From positions 1 through 50,146 of the forward strand of contig JASHOP010000029.1 in assembly GCA_030041075.1 (NCBI GenBank): a stretch of DNA of 50,146 nt, written 5' to 3'. This DNA is from Thermoplasmata archaeon (GTDB lineage Archaea > Thermoplasmatota > Thermoplasmata > Lutacidiplasmatales > UBA184). Within the stretch, counting starts at the first letter, position 1. Every line of letters starts with the position of its first letter. Under the pieces are notes generated by a model. That model was not told the origin of the DNA. It saw only the letters and a list, made by a program, of their open reading frames with translations, and did no database searches. This document shows, piece after piece, positions 9,444-18,901 of this stretch. A program made the position numbers and the translations under genes.

Positions 9444-10193
9444 CTACGAGCGGCTCGAGCGCCCGCCGCCCGGGGCGGGGGGGAGGCGCTGGGCGAACTT
9501 CTGCACCTCGTCCGAGCCGAGACGCGTCATCCCGTCGCCGACCTGGAGGGTGCAGACCTCCACCTGGGCCAAGCTGCCCCCCTCGTCCAGCCCGGCGCGC
9601 AGTCCTTCGAGGGCGAGGAGGATCGCCCCGTCGCGGTCGAGCCCGGGCCGGTACTTCTGCTCGAACAGCTCCATCACCGGTCCCTTGTTGCCGCCGGTGC
9701 TCGCCGCTTTGAAGCTCGTGAGCGACCCGGACGGCTCCGTCTCGAACAGGTGGAGGCCCGCGTCGTCGTATCCGCCGACCAACAGCGCAGTGCCGAACGG
9801 CCGCACGCCGCCGAACTGCGTGTACTGCTGCTTGTAGTCGCAGATCCGCCGGACGAGCATCTCGACCGACATCGGCTCGGCGTACGTCACGCGGTTCACC
9901 TGGGCGGCGAGCCGGGCGTAGTCGACCAGGACCCGGGCGTCGGCGACGAGACCCGCGGTGGCGCAACCGATGTTCTCGTCGATCTGGTGGATCTTCTCGA
10001 GGCTCGCCGCCTCGGCGAGCTTCGGATTCGGGATACGACGGTCCGCGATCAGGACCACCCCGTTCGCGTAGACGACCCCGGCGGTCGTCGCCCCCCGGCG
10101 GACGGCCTCACGAGCGTACTCGACCTGGAAGAGCCGGCCGTCCGGCGAGAAGACCGTGATGGCCCGGTCGTAAGCCATCTGGCCCGGCTGCAT
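9444..10193 (-). CDS. psmA: Proteasome subunit alpha
   Basis: YDRAITVFSPDGRLFQVEYA signature, GLVADAR, TQFGGVRPFG; alternative ATG at 10199. Confidence 0.97.
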   Translation of the reverse strand: MQPGQMAYDRAITVFSPDGRLFQVEYAREAVRRGATTAGVVYANGVVLIADRRIPNPKLAEAASLEKIHQIDENIGCATAGLVADARVLVDYARLAAQVNRVTYAEPMSVEMLVRRICDYKQQYTQFGGVRPFGTALLVGGYDDAGLHLFETEPSGSLTSFKAASTGGNKGPVMELFEQKYRPGLDRDGAILLALEGLRAGLDEGGSLAQVEVCTLQVGDGMTRLGSDEVQKFAQRLPPAPGGGRSSRS

Positions 10194-10233
10194 CTCCATC
10201 GGGGGTGCCTCGGGCCGGGCACCTTGACCCTCC

Positions 10234-10239
10234 TTATAA
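10234..10239 (-). promoter_or_regulatory. TATA box (TTATAA) of the psmA-exosome operon
   Basis: Consensus-like archaeal TATA about 35-40 nt upstream of psmA. Confidence 0.65.
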
Positions 10240-10338
10240 CGCACGCGAGGGCGGTAACGTCTCCGACATCCGGTTACGGCGCGGGAGGGAATCCGGCGTC
10301 CCGACAACCGTAAGTGCGGCGGGCGGACGGCGTCCGGC

Positions 10339-12441
10339 GTGGACGCCTCGTCCGGGCCGGTGCGTCCGGCCGGCTGGAGGCTGGCGGGTGCGTCGTCGGT
10401 CTACCTGAGAGCGGCCGCCGAGCAGGGGATCGACTGGTACCCCTGGGGTAGCGAGCCGTTCGAGCTGGCCCGGCGCACCGGGCGGCCGGTCCTCCTCGAC
10501 ATCGGGGCCTCGTGGTGCCACTGGTGCCACGTCATGGACGAGACGACGTACTCGGACGCGGAGGTCGGGAGGCTCATCCGCCAGCATTTCGTCGCCGTGA
10601 AGGTCGACCGAGACCAGCACCCCGAGATCGACCGACGCTACCAGCGCCAGGTCGGCGCCCTGACCGGCGAGGGGGGCTGGCCCCTCACGGGGTTCCTCAA
10701 CCCCCAGGGCGAGCTGTTCCTGGGGGGAACGTACTTCCCCCCGGACGACGCGCACGGTCGCCCCGGGCTGCGTAGGGTCCTCAAGGAGGTCGCGCGCCTC
10801 TGGAAGGACGAGCCCGAGCGGATCCGGGAGAACGCCGAGGCGATCCAGGCGTCGCTGCGGCGGATGCGGGAACATCGCACGCCGGCGGCCACCGACCTCA
10901 TCCGGTTCGTCGACGGGGTCCGGTCGGAGCTCGAGTCCGGGTACGATCCCGTGAACGCCGGGTTCGGCACGGCGCCGAAGTTTCCCCACCCGACCGCGAT
11001 CGCGTTCCTTCTCTGGGACGCGTTCGCGAACGGAGCGGAGACGAGCGGGGAACACGCCCGCGAGACCCTGCTCGCGATGGCCCACGGGGGCCTCTACGAC
11101 CAGGTCGGCGGCGGTTTCCACCGCTACTCGGTCGACGACGGATGGCACATCCCCCACTTCGAGAAGATGGGGATCGACAACGCCGAGCTCCTCGGGGCGT
11201 ACGTGGAGGGGATACGACGGTTCGGGGAACCCCGGTTCGAGCAGGTCGCCCGGGGGATCCTCGGATGGGCCGACGCGGTCCTCGGCGACCCTGACGGCGG
11301 ATGGGGCGCGAGCCAGGACGCGGACAACGCGCCGGGGGACGACGGGGGCTACTTCACCTGGACCAAGGCGGAGCTCCGCGCGGCGCTCGATGCGGACGCC
11401 TACCGGCTCGTCACCCGGGCGTTCGGCGTTGGCACCGACGGGCGGATGCCTCACGAGCCCGAGCGCAACGTCCTGTTCCGCTGGCTTCCTCCCGACCAGG
11501 CGGCGGAGGGCCTCGCCCTCCCGCAGGGTCCCGAAGCGACGCTCCGCCAGGCGCTCGCGACGTTGCGGGAGGTTCGATCGCGACGTCCGGCACCGGCCGT
11601 CGATCCGGCGCTGTACGCGAGCATCAACGGCCGTTTCGTCGGGGCGTTCGCGCGCGCCGGGGCGGTGCTGGCCGATCCCGAGGTCACGGCCGGGGCCCGA
11701 CGGGCCGCGGACCGCTGGCTCGCCCGGGCCCACGATCCCGATCGGGGCGTTGCCCACCGACTGGGGCCGTCCGGGGCCGCCGGCTACGGTCTGCTCGAGG
11801 ACCAGGTTGAGTTCGCTCGGGGGCTCCTCGAGCTCGCGGAGGCATGCTCCGAGCCACGCTATCTCGACGCGGCGATCGGTCTCCTCACCCTCGTCGACCG
11901 CGAGTACCGCGGCGAGGACGGACTGCTGCGCGACGTGGCCCCCCGGCTGTACGACGGTCCCCCGATCGGAGGGATCGCCGAGCCGTCCTACCCTCTCGAG
12001 GACAGTCCGCATCTCTCCGGCAACGCCGCCGCGGCGCTCGCGTTCGTCCGGGCCGGGGACCTTCTTCACGACGCACGGTGGGTCGAGAAGGCGCGGGCCC
12101 TCCTCGTGCCGATCGCGTCGCGCGTCGGGGGCGCGGGACTCTTCGCGGCCGGCTCCGCCCTCGCCGCAGGCCTCCTCTCGGTCGAGCCCGCCAGCGTGGT
12201 GGTCGAAGGCGTCGGGGCCGGCGCCCGGGACCTGCTCCGGGTCGCCCGGCGCTCGCCTCGCCCGCGGCTCTCCGTGTTCGCGGGGCGACCCCCGCCGCCG
12301 TTCTCGTTCCCCGCCGACGTCCCCGTGGAAGCCGAGGGCACGTCCCCCCGCGCCCTGGTGTGCTTCGGCACCGCGTGCGCGCCCCCCGTCACCGACCCGG
12401 CCGAGCTGGCAACGACCCTGGCGGGTACGCGGGCCCCGTAG
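10339..12441 (+). CDS. YyaL/SSP411-family thioredoxin-domain + six-hairpin protein (DUF255)
   Basis: IDWYPWG, WCHWCHVM, KVDRD.HPEID, GGWPLT, APKFP, GGFHRYSVD..W.IPHFEKM. Confidence 0.92.
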   Translation: MDASSGPVRPAGWRLAGASSVYLRAAAEQGIDWYPWGSEPFELARRTGRPVLLDIGASWCHWCHVMDETTYSDAEVGRLIRQHFVAVKVDRDQHPEIDRRYQRQVGALTGEGGWPLTGFLNPQGELFLGGTYFPPDDAHGRPGLRRVLKEVARLWKDEPERIRENAEAIQASLRRMREHRTPAATDLIRFVDGVRSELESGYDPVNAGFGTAPKFPHPTAIAFLLWDAFANGAETSGEHARETLLAMAHGGLYDQVGGGFHRYSVDDGWHIPHFEKMGIDNAELLGAYVEGIRRFGEPRFEQVARGILGWADAVLGDPDGGWGASQDADNAPGDDGGYFTWTKAELRAALDADAYRLVTRAFGVGTDGRMPHEPERNVLFRWLPPDQAAEGLALPQGPEATLRQALATLREVRSRRPAPAVDPALYASINGRFVGAFARAGAVLADPEVTAGARRAADRWLARAHDPDRGVAHRLGPSGAAGYGLLEDQVEFARGLLELAEACSEPRYLDAAIGLLTLVDREYRGEDGLLRDVAPRLYDGPPIGGIAEPSYPLEDSPHLSGNAAAALAFVRAGDLLHDARWVEKARALLVPIASRVGGAGLFAAGSALAAGLLSVEPASVVVEGVGAGARDLLRVARRSPRPRLSVFAGRPPPPFSFPADVPVEAEGTSPRALVCFGTACAPPVTDPAELATTLAGTRAP

Positions 12442-13222
12442 GCGTGGCGAGGGCCCCGACGTCGGTCCCGTCGAGGAGATACGCCCGCGCGTCGCCCCGG
12501 CCCAGGAATCGCCGGAAGAGGAACGAGCGCCCCCGACGGGGGCGCTCGCGGTTGAGCGACTCCACCCCGGCGAGAGGGTTGAACGCCGGCAGCACGATCA
12601 TCTCGCGGGGGCCGACACGCCTCGATCCGCGGGCGCCCGCCCGGGGCCCGAGCGCCCCGGGGCCGAGGCGGACGCGGATCCAGCAGCGACGCTTCCCGTC
12701 CGGCTCGTCGGGGGTGGGGGCGAACCGGAACCCCGGGTGGAGGTGGCCCACGACGATCGTGGACGTTCTCAGGACCGCCGGGGCCGGCCAGCAGTGCCCG
12801 TGGAAGATCCCCACGCCGCCGCGCGCGACGCCATGAGCCGGGTAGACCCGCACCTCGCGCGGAAGGTGCGGGACCAGGCCGACGTCGTGGTTGCCCAGGA
12901 CCACGTCGACCGCGACGCCGTGCGCGAGCAGCGAGGCGAAGAACCCGAAGACCACGGGTCGGAGCGCCGGAGGGGTGCCGACGATCGGATGCTTGACATC
13001 ACCGGCGATCACGACCCGGTCCGCCCGGTGCTCGGCCGCCAGCCCGAGCAGCGACGCGGCGAGGCCCGCTGCCGACGCCTCGGGCGGGCCGTCCGGGGCG
13101 TCGGGGGTCCCTCCCAGACCCAGGTGGAGGTCGGCGACCACGAGCGCGGGGGGCCGACGGCGACCGACGTCCCTCCAGAGGAGGGCCGGCGCGTCCGGCA
13201 CGGGCCGAAGGTCGTCGCTCAC
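12389..13222 (-). CDS. Metallophosphoesterase, calcineurin-like (ICC/COG1407 type)
   Basis: ADLHLG, GDVKH, GNHD, HGH, GHLHP, LPAFNPL. Confidence 0.9.
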   Translation of the reverse strand: MSDDLRPVPDAPALLWRDVGRRRPPALVVADLHLGLGGTPDAPDGPPEASAAGLAASLLGLAAEHRADRVVIAGDVKHPIVGTPPALRPVVFGFFASLLAHGVAVDVVLGNHDVGLVPHLPREVRVYPAHGVARGGVGIFHGHCWPAPAVLRTSTIVVGHLHPGFRFAPTPDEPDGKRRCWIRVRLGPGALGPRAGARGSRRVGPREMIVLPAFNPLAGVESLNRERPRRGRSFLFRRFLGRGDARAYLLDGTDVGALATPTGPAYPPGSLPARPGR

Positions 13223-13303
13223 CTACGGTCCGGAGCGGCGCTCGGGCTTGACGATTCTCGGCCGATGCCGGACCTCGGTCTCCGAGGGTCCGGGTCGTCC
13301 CGA

Positions 13304-13311
13304 TTTATATA
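13304..13311 (+). promoter_or_regulatory. TATA box TTTATATA
   Basis: Matches the archaeal TATA consensus, about 33 nt upstream of ATG 13345. Confidence 0.75.
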
Positions 13312-13344
13312 CGAGCATTACTCCATCAAACTGGGGTGGCATGG

Positions 13345-14337
13345 ATGAGCCGACCGCGGGAGCGACGGATCGACCGGCTCCGGCGCCTCCTGGAGCGCGC
13401 GGGTTTCTACGTCACCGCGACGAGCGGCGTCCGCCCCTCGAGTTTCGATCTCGCCGCCCGTCGCGACGCGACGCTCCTCCTGCTCAAGGTCCTCAAGAAC
13501 ATCGACGCCCTCGACCCCGAGGAGGCGTCCCGGCTCCTCGATTTGGGCCGGGTGTTCCCCGCGGTCGTCATCCTGGTCGGGGAGCGCTCCGGCGCGTCCG
13601 ACCTCGAGAGCGGGGTCGTCTACACGCGCTACAACGTGCCGATTGTCAGCGAGGCGACGCTCGAGGAGTATCTCGAGAAGGCGTTTCCGCCGTTCCTGTA
13701 TGCAAGTCCCGGCGGGATCTTCGCGCGCGTCGACGGCGAGCGACTCCGATTCCTGAGGGTCTCGCGCGGGCTTTCGCTCGGGAGTCTCGCGGCGGTCGGC
13801 GGCGTCTCCCGGCGCGCGATCCAGCTATACGAGGAGGGCCAAGGAGCCGAGGCGAGCGTCGTCGAGCGGATCGAGGCGTACCTGGACGCGCCGATCGTCG
13901 TGCCGATCGAGCTGTTCCAGCTTCCGAGCCGGCCGGTCGCCCCGGGCTCCTCGGGCCGTCGTCGACGGGGCCACGACGCCGAGCCTTCCGAGCCCCCGCG
14001 CCCCTCCACCGGCGATGCGCTGCGCGACGGGGTCTTCGACCAGCTCGACGGGATGGGGCTCGAGGTCACGGTCACGATCCGCGCCCCGTTCGACGCGGTC
14101 GCGCGGGCCCGCGAGATCCTCCTCACGGGCGTGGGGAGCCTTCGGACCGCGGCCCACCGGGCCGAGGTCCTCCAGGGGATCGCCCGGGTCGCGGAGGGAC
14201 ACGCGATGTTCGTCGTGCGCGAGAGCGTGCACCGTCCCTCGATCGGGGGCCTGCCGATCCTGAGCGTGACCGAACTGCGGCGGCTTCGCGGGCCGGACGA
14301 GCTCCTCGACGACCTCACGGAGCGCGAGGGCCCGTGA
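13345..14337 (+). CDS. Archaeal HTH transcriptional regulator (COG1395-like; nuclease-like domain + Cro HTH)
   Basis: L.RAGF, SFDLAARR, LLKVLKNID, PGG.F..VDGE.L...R...GLSLGSLA...GVSRRAIQLYEEG, APFDA. Confidence 0.85.
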   Translation: MSRPRERRIDRLRRLLERAGFYVTATSGVRPSSFDLAARRDATLLLLKVLKNIDALDPEEASRLLDLGRVFPAVVILVGERSGASDLESGVVYTRYNVPIVSEATLEEYLEKAFPPFLYASPGGIFARVDGERLRFLRVSRGLSLGSLAAVGGVSRRAIQLYEEGQGAEASVVERIEAYLDAPIVVPIELFQLPSRPVAPGSSGRRRRGHDAEPSEPPRPSTGDALRDGVFDQLDGMGLEVTVTIRAPFDAVARAREILLTGVGSLRTAAHRAEVLQGIARVAEGHAMFVVRESVHRPSIGGLPILSVTELRRLRGPDELLDDLTEREGP

Positions 14338-14987
14338 TCCAGGAGAGGATCTCCGCCGGGGCGGACGTCCTCCTCCTCGCCTCGGTCCGCGGACTCTCCT
14401 CCGAGGCCCGGGCGCTCGGCCCCGCGCTCGACTCGTTCGCGCCGGAAGCGGTCGGGCTCGGGATCTCTCCCGAGGAGCTCCGGGCGCTCGTCGAGTACTT
14501 CGTCCTGCCCGACGCCGAGCCGCTCGTTCCGCTCACCGCGACCGAGGTGAACGAGGTCCGCGGGCTGCTTCGGTTCGGCGAGGTCCAGGTCCCGAACCCG
14601 TCGAACGTGGAGTCGCTCCGGTGGGGCCGCGCCCGGCAGGTCCCGGTCGCCCCGCTGGACCCGAGCGAGGAGCAGTCGGCGGAGCTGTTCAGCGAGCACA
14701 TCGGCTACGTCGAGCTCGTCCGCCGGACGGTCCGCGAACGGCGGATCGGCCGCCACCCCCCGACGCCGGCGTCGCCCGACGCGTTCGCCCTCTTATGGGA
14801 CGGAACCGTCGGCAAGGGCAAGGGCTCGCGACGGCTCGCGGCGGCCCGGGACGAGCACCTGGCGCGCGAGGTCGCCCGCTTGACCCAGGGCCGGAGCCGG
14901 GTCGCGGTCGTGGTCGACCGCGAGCGGTTCGACGGGGTCCGGTCGCAGCTGTCCGGCGGCGCGCCGGGCGCGCGGCCGGGGACGTAG
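14334..14987 (+). CDS. Hypothetical protein
   Basis: GTGA overlap with upstream stop, native codon bias, globular alpha/beta-like sequence (VRGL, VGLGISPEEL, RFGEVQVP). Confidence 0.7.
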   Translation: MIQERISAGADVLLLASVRGLSSEARALGPALDSFAPEAVGLGISPEELRALVEYFVLPDAEPLVPLTATEVNEVRGLLRFGEVQVPNPSNVESLRWGRARQVPVAPLDPSEEQSAELFSEHIGYVELVRRTVRERRIGRHPPTPASPDAFALLWDGTVGKGKGSRRLAAARDEHLAREVARLTQGRSRVAVVVDRERFDGVRSQLSGGAPGARPGT

Positions 14988-14992
14988 CCGCC

Positions 14993-15535
14993 CTACGCTT
15001 CGCGCTCGAGGATCCGCTCGAGCTCGGTCCGCGCGGTCCGGCGGAACGCGTCGAGCGGGCCCTCGTTCACGAGCATCCCGTCGGCGAGGGTGAAGGCGTT
15101 GCCGATCCCCCACTTGAGCTCGCGCCGGTCGCGCTCGTAGAACTCCTGGAGGTTCCCGCCGTCGTCCGACCGGCTCCGGCTGCGCATCCGTTCGTACCGG
15201 GTCTCGGGCGAGGCGTAGATCCCGAGCACGAACAGATCGCCGAAATGGTGGCGGTAGACGGTCACCTCCGTATCCGAGCGGCATCCGTCGACGAGCATGC
15301 GCGTCTCCGTGAGCTTCGGGAGCGACCGCTGCGCCCAGATGCCCGCCCCGTGCTTATCGCGCTCCTCCGAGGCGACGCGCGAGACGTTCCCGATCGACAG
15401 GGGCAGGCCGCGCCGCCGGGTCTCGTCGCGCACGAGGTCCCCCATCTTCAGCGTCGCGAGCCCCATCGACTGGGCGACCGTGACGAGCTCGTCCTTGCCC
15501 GAGCCGGGCATGCCGACCGTGACGACGAGCTTCAT
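14993..15535 (-). CDS. P-loop kinase, UPF0200/dephospho-CoA kinase-like (COG0237)
   Basis: VGMPGSGK, MGDLVR, VDGCRS..E, RDRRELKWG, NEG. Confidence 0.85.
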   Translation of the reverse strand: MKLVVTVGMPGSGKDELVTVAQSMGLATLKMGDLVRDETRRRGLPLSIGNVSRVASEERDKHGAGIWAQRSLPKLTETRMLVDGCRSDTEVTVYRHHFGDLFVLGIYASPETRYERMRSRSRSDDGGNLQEFYERDRRELKWGIGNAFTLADGMLVNEGPLDAFRRTARTELERILEREA

Positions 15536-16161
15536 GGAGCCTGGGTCGATCCCTCGGAGGCGCCCGGGGACGGCGTCGGCGATACCGCGGCGCCGGCCGC
15601 CGGCGCGTCCTGCTCGGAGACCATCTGGAGGCGGTCCGCGCGCTGCCGCAGCTGCCCCGCCTCCTGCTCCGCGATCCGGGCTGCCTCGTTGTAGCGGTCG
15701 ACGCGGACCTTGAGCTCGGCGGTCTTCTGGGTGCGCATGGCGGCCTTGAGCTCGAGCGTGTGCGCCCGGTGCTGGCGGTCGACCACCTTCTGCTGCAGCT
15801 TGCGGATGTTGTAGTGGAGCTTCGTCACGTCGGACGTCGGCGCGGAGCCGCTGCCGCGACCTGTCGCCGAGTCGATGTCGCGCTGATGCTGCTTGATCGC
15901 CTGCTGGATCTCGGGGATCTCGCCGAGCGTCCGCTCCTTCTTCTCCCGGAGGAGCGTCGCCTGGTGGCGAAGCTTCTCGATCTTGGTGTTGAGGCGCGAG
16001 ACCCGCTGCTGGGCCCGGGTCGCCGCGCGGTCCTGCCGCGCCGCGTGCTCTCGAAGCTTCGTGATGTCCGCGTACTGCTGGCCGCGCCACCGCGACTGCC
16101 GCGCGGCGAGGGGCGTCGCCGGAGCCGGAGGGTCCTTCGACGGGGTCCCTCCGGCCGACAT
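15532..16161 (-). CDS. Hypothetical coiled-coil protein
   Basis: 209 aa, rich in K/R/Q/E heptads; stop overlaps the kinase ATG; AT-rich element at about 16188. Confidence 0.75.
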   Translation of the reverse strand: MSAGGTPSKDPPAPATPLAARQSRWRGQQYADITKLREHAARQDRAATRAQQRVSRLNTKIEKLRHQATLLREKKERTLGEIPEIQQAIKQHQRDIDSATGRGSGSAPTSDVTKLHYNIRKLQQKVVDRQHRAHTLELKAAMRTQKTAELKVRVDRYNEAARIAEQEAGQLRQRADRLQMVSEQDAPAAGAAVSPTPSPGASEGSTQAP

Positions 16162-16196
16162 CGAGTCCCGGGTACGGGGTCCGCGAGATATAGCCG

Positions 16197-17726
16197 TTAT
16201 CGTACGGACCGGACCGCCGGTACCTCGCGGTCGGTGGGACGCGGGGGCCGGAGCGTCGGCCGGAGCCGGGATGCGAGCTCCGCGGTGGCGATCCTCTCCT
16301 GGGCCCTCGAGTCGCGCGCGCGCAGCGTGACGGTCCCTTGCCCGGGACCCTCGGCGACCGTCTCCCCGTCGACCGTCACGCAGTACGGCGTCCCGACCTC
16401 GTCCATCCGAGCGTACCGCCGTCCGATCGAGCTCGCGTCGTCGTACTGAACGGGCACCCCTTCGGTCGCCATCGCGTCGGCCAGGCGGAGGGCGTACGCG
16501 GCGTGCTCCTTCGCGATCAGCGGGAACACCGCGAGCGGAACGGGCGCGAGGTACGCCGGGAGTCTCCAGACGGTCCTCTCGCCGTCGTGCACCAGGTGCA
16601 CGTCGGCCAACGCCCAGAGGTTCCGGTCGACGCCGAACGTCAGCTCGAGGACGTGCGGCAGCACCGAACTCCCGTCCTTGCGGGAGGCGGCGAGGTCCTT
16701 GCCGGACGCGACGGAATGCCGGGTGAGGTCGTAGTCGCCGCGGTAGTGGATCGCGCCGACCTCCTTGAAGCCGCCCAGGCTCTCGAGGAAGACCTCGGCG
16801 TCGAACTGGATGCGGTTGTAGAACGCCCGCTCGGCCTCCGACTTCTCGAGGAACCGGATCCGCTCCGCGGGATAGCCGAGGACGTCCCGGAGGAAGCGCA
16901 GGAGGTGGACGAGGTGGTAGACGTAGAACTCGGGCAGGCCCGAAGCGGCCAAGGCCGACGCGGGGACCACCTCCCCTTCGGCGTGCCCGCGCTCGCGCTC
17001 GGCCGCGCGAACGACCGGGACCTTCTCGTCGCGGACCTCGGCGAACGGGACCGCAAAGTCGTTCGGATCGAAGAAGATCTGGAGCTCCGCCTGCGTGAAC
17101 GCCCGCATCCGGAACAGGACCTGCCGCGGTGCGATCTCGTTGCGGTACGCCTTGCCGATCACGCCGATCCCGAGCGGCAGCGCCTTCCGCCCGACGTCCC
17201 GCATCCGGGCGAAGGCGAGGTAGCTGCCCTGCGCGGTCTCCGGCAGGAGGTACGCGCGCTCCTCGCCATCGACGCCGAACGGGATCGAGAACATGAGGTT
17301 GAACGGCCGGGGGACGCCCAGGGCGGTCGACCCGCAGGTGGGGCACCGAATCTGGTGGGCGCGGAGCACCTCGCCGATCTGGCTCGGCGTCAGTCCGTCG
17401 ACGCCTCCCGGGCGCTCCTTCTCGAGGAGGGTCTCCGCGCGGACCGGGGTGTGGCACGCTTCGCAGACGACTTCGGGATCGGTGAAGTTCTCGAGGTGGC
17501 CGGACGCCCGGACGACCGATTCCGGGACGATTTCGGACGGCTCGATCCGGTAGTAGTCGCGGGAGAGCCCGAGGAACCAGGCCGACCACGCGTCCTCGAT
17601 CCGGCGCTTGAGAGCGGCTCCGAGCGGGCCGTAGTCGTACAGACCCTGGGCTCCCCCGTAGATCTCCGCCGAGGGCCACAGCACCCCCCGCCGCCGAAGG
17701 AGCGCGTAGAGCTCGTCGATCTTCAT
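16197..17726 (-). CDS. glyS: Glycine--tRNA ligase (alpha2, archaeal/eukaryotic type)
   Basis: EIYGG..G.YDYGPLG, ASGHLENFTDP, FNLMF, YL.PETAQG, RNEIAPR, FTQAE, FGVDR, SIGRRYARMDEVGTP. Confidence 0.96.
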   Translation of the reverse strand: MKIDELYALLRRRGVLWPSAEIYGGAQGLYDYGPLGAALKRRIEDAWSAWFLGLSRDYYRIEPSEIVPESVVRASGHLENFTDPEVVCEACHTPVRAETLLEKERPGGVDGLTPSQIGEVLRAHQIRCPTCGSTALGVPRPFNLMFSIPFGVDGEERAYLLPETAQGSYLAFARMRDVGRKALPLGIGVIGKAYRNEIAPRQVLFRMRAFTQAELQIFFDPNDFAVPFAEVRDEKVPVVRAAERERGHAEGEVVPASALAASGLPEFYVYHLVHLLRFLRDVLGYPAERIRFLEKSEAERAFYNRIQFDAEVFLESLGGFKEVGAIHYRGDYDLTRHSVASGKDLAASRKDGSSVLPHVLELTFGVDRNLWALADVHLVHDGERTVWRLPAYLAPVPLAVFPLIAKEHAAYALRLADAMATEGVPVQYDDASSIGRRYARMDEVGTPYCVTVDGETVAEGPGQGTVTLRARDSRAQERIATAELASRLRPTLRPPRPTDREVPAVRSVR

Positions 17727-18811
17727 CGTGGCGTACTCGACCGGCCGGGTCGGGCCCGAGCGATAAGGTGTTCGGTCGTCCGGGTCACGACCTGGTAGGC
17801 GGCGTCCTCGGGCGGGAGCCGGACGATGAGCGGTCGCGCGGACGTTCCGGCCTCGATCCGCGCCGCGTCGGGCTCGCCCAGCCACCTCCAAGGCTCGACG
17901 AGCGCCGCGCGCGCGAGGAACGGAGCGGACGCAGGTCGGCCCTTGAGCCGGGTGGCCACGTAGGCGAACTCGAGCTCACGCCAGATCGACGGGGCGTGGA
18001 ACATCGCATTGTCCGTCCCGAGCAGGACCGGGATGCCCAACCGCTCCATCGTCCGGAGGTCAGGCTGTCGGCCGAACAGCGCGTTCGACCGGGGGCATAC
18101 CACGACGGGGACCCGCGCGGCCCGGACCGACGCGAGGTCGTCCGCGGTCGCCCGGGCGAGATGGACGAGGAGGTCCGGCCGCACCGAGAGGTACCGTTCG
18201 GGCGGCTCGCGGACCGCCTCGCTCGCGTGCAGAGCGAACCGCTTCCCCGCGGCACGGCACGCGTCGGCGACGGTCCGCAGCGTCGACTCGGTCTCGTCGC
18301 GCGCGCTCGAGAGACCGATCCCGTCCGCGATCGCGAGGAGCGAGCGGAGCTCCTCGGGATCGACCGGGCGCTGGAGCGGTCGCCCGAGGGCAACGGCGCG
18401 GATCCCCGTGCCTTTGCTCGCGGCGCGCAGCAACTCGACCCCCGCCCGGCCTTCCTCGCGAAAGTCGACCGCCGCCGCGATCCCCTCCCTCGCCATCCGC
18501 ATCAGTGCGGTCCGCATCGCGGTCCGCTTCTCTCCGTCCGTCGATTCCCGGAGGAGGCGGAACTTGTACCCCCCCGGGTTCGCCACGATCCCGGCGATGG
18601 GGCCCCGGGGTGGCTCGCGCACCGAGACCGCGTCCCCGAGATGGACGTGCGCGTTGACCGGCGCGGGGATCACGATGCCCCGGACCTTGGAGGTCCGGCC
18701 GTGGGTCGAATCCGTCCCGAGGCGTCCGACCTCGGCGACGCGGCCACGGCGGAAGAGGACGTAGCCGGGCCGCGAGCCCTCGGCGTCCAGCACCGCTCCC
18801 TCGACCAGCAT
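17723..18811 (-). CDS. Amidohydrolase family protein (deaminase-like)
   Basis: NAHVHLGD, DFREEG, HASE, VHL, CPRSN, LGTDN. Confidence 0.88.
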   Translation of the reverse strand: MLVEGAVLDAEGSRPGYVLFRRGRVAEVGRLGTDSTHGRTSKVRGIVIPAPVNAHVHLGDAVSVREPPRGPIAGIVANPGGYKFRLLRESTDGEKRTAMRTALMRMAREGIAAAVDFREEGRAGVELLRAASKGTGIRAVALGRPLQRPVDPEELRSLLAIADGIGLSSARDETESTLRTVADACRAAGKRFALHASEAVREPPERYLSVRPDLLVHLARATADDLASVRAARVPVVVCPRSNALFGRQPDLRTMERLGIPVLLGTDNAMFHAPSIWRELEFAYVATRLKGRPASAPFLARAALVEPWRWLGEPDAARIEAGTSARPLIVRLPPEDAAYQVVTRTTEHLIARARPGRSSTPR

Positions 18812-18901
18812 CGACCGCCCGCGCGGGAGCCTCCCCGGGCCATAAGGCCGAGCGGAGGCCCGGACCGAACCAATATCCGACCGCGGCGTTCCCCCGCAGC
18901 G

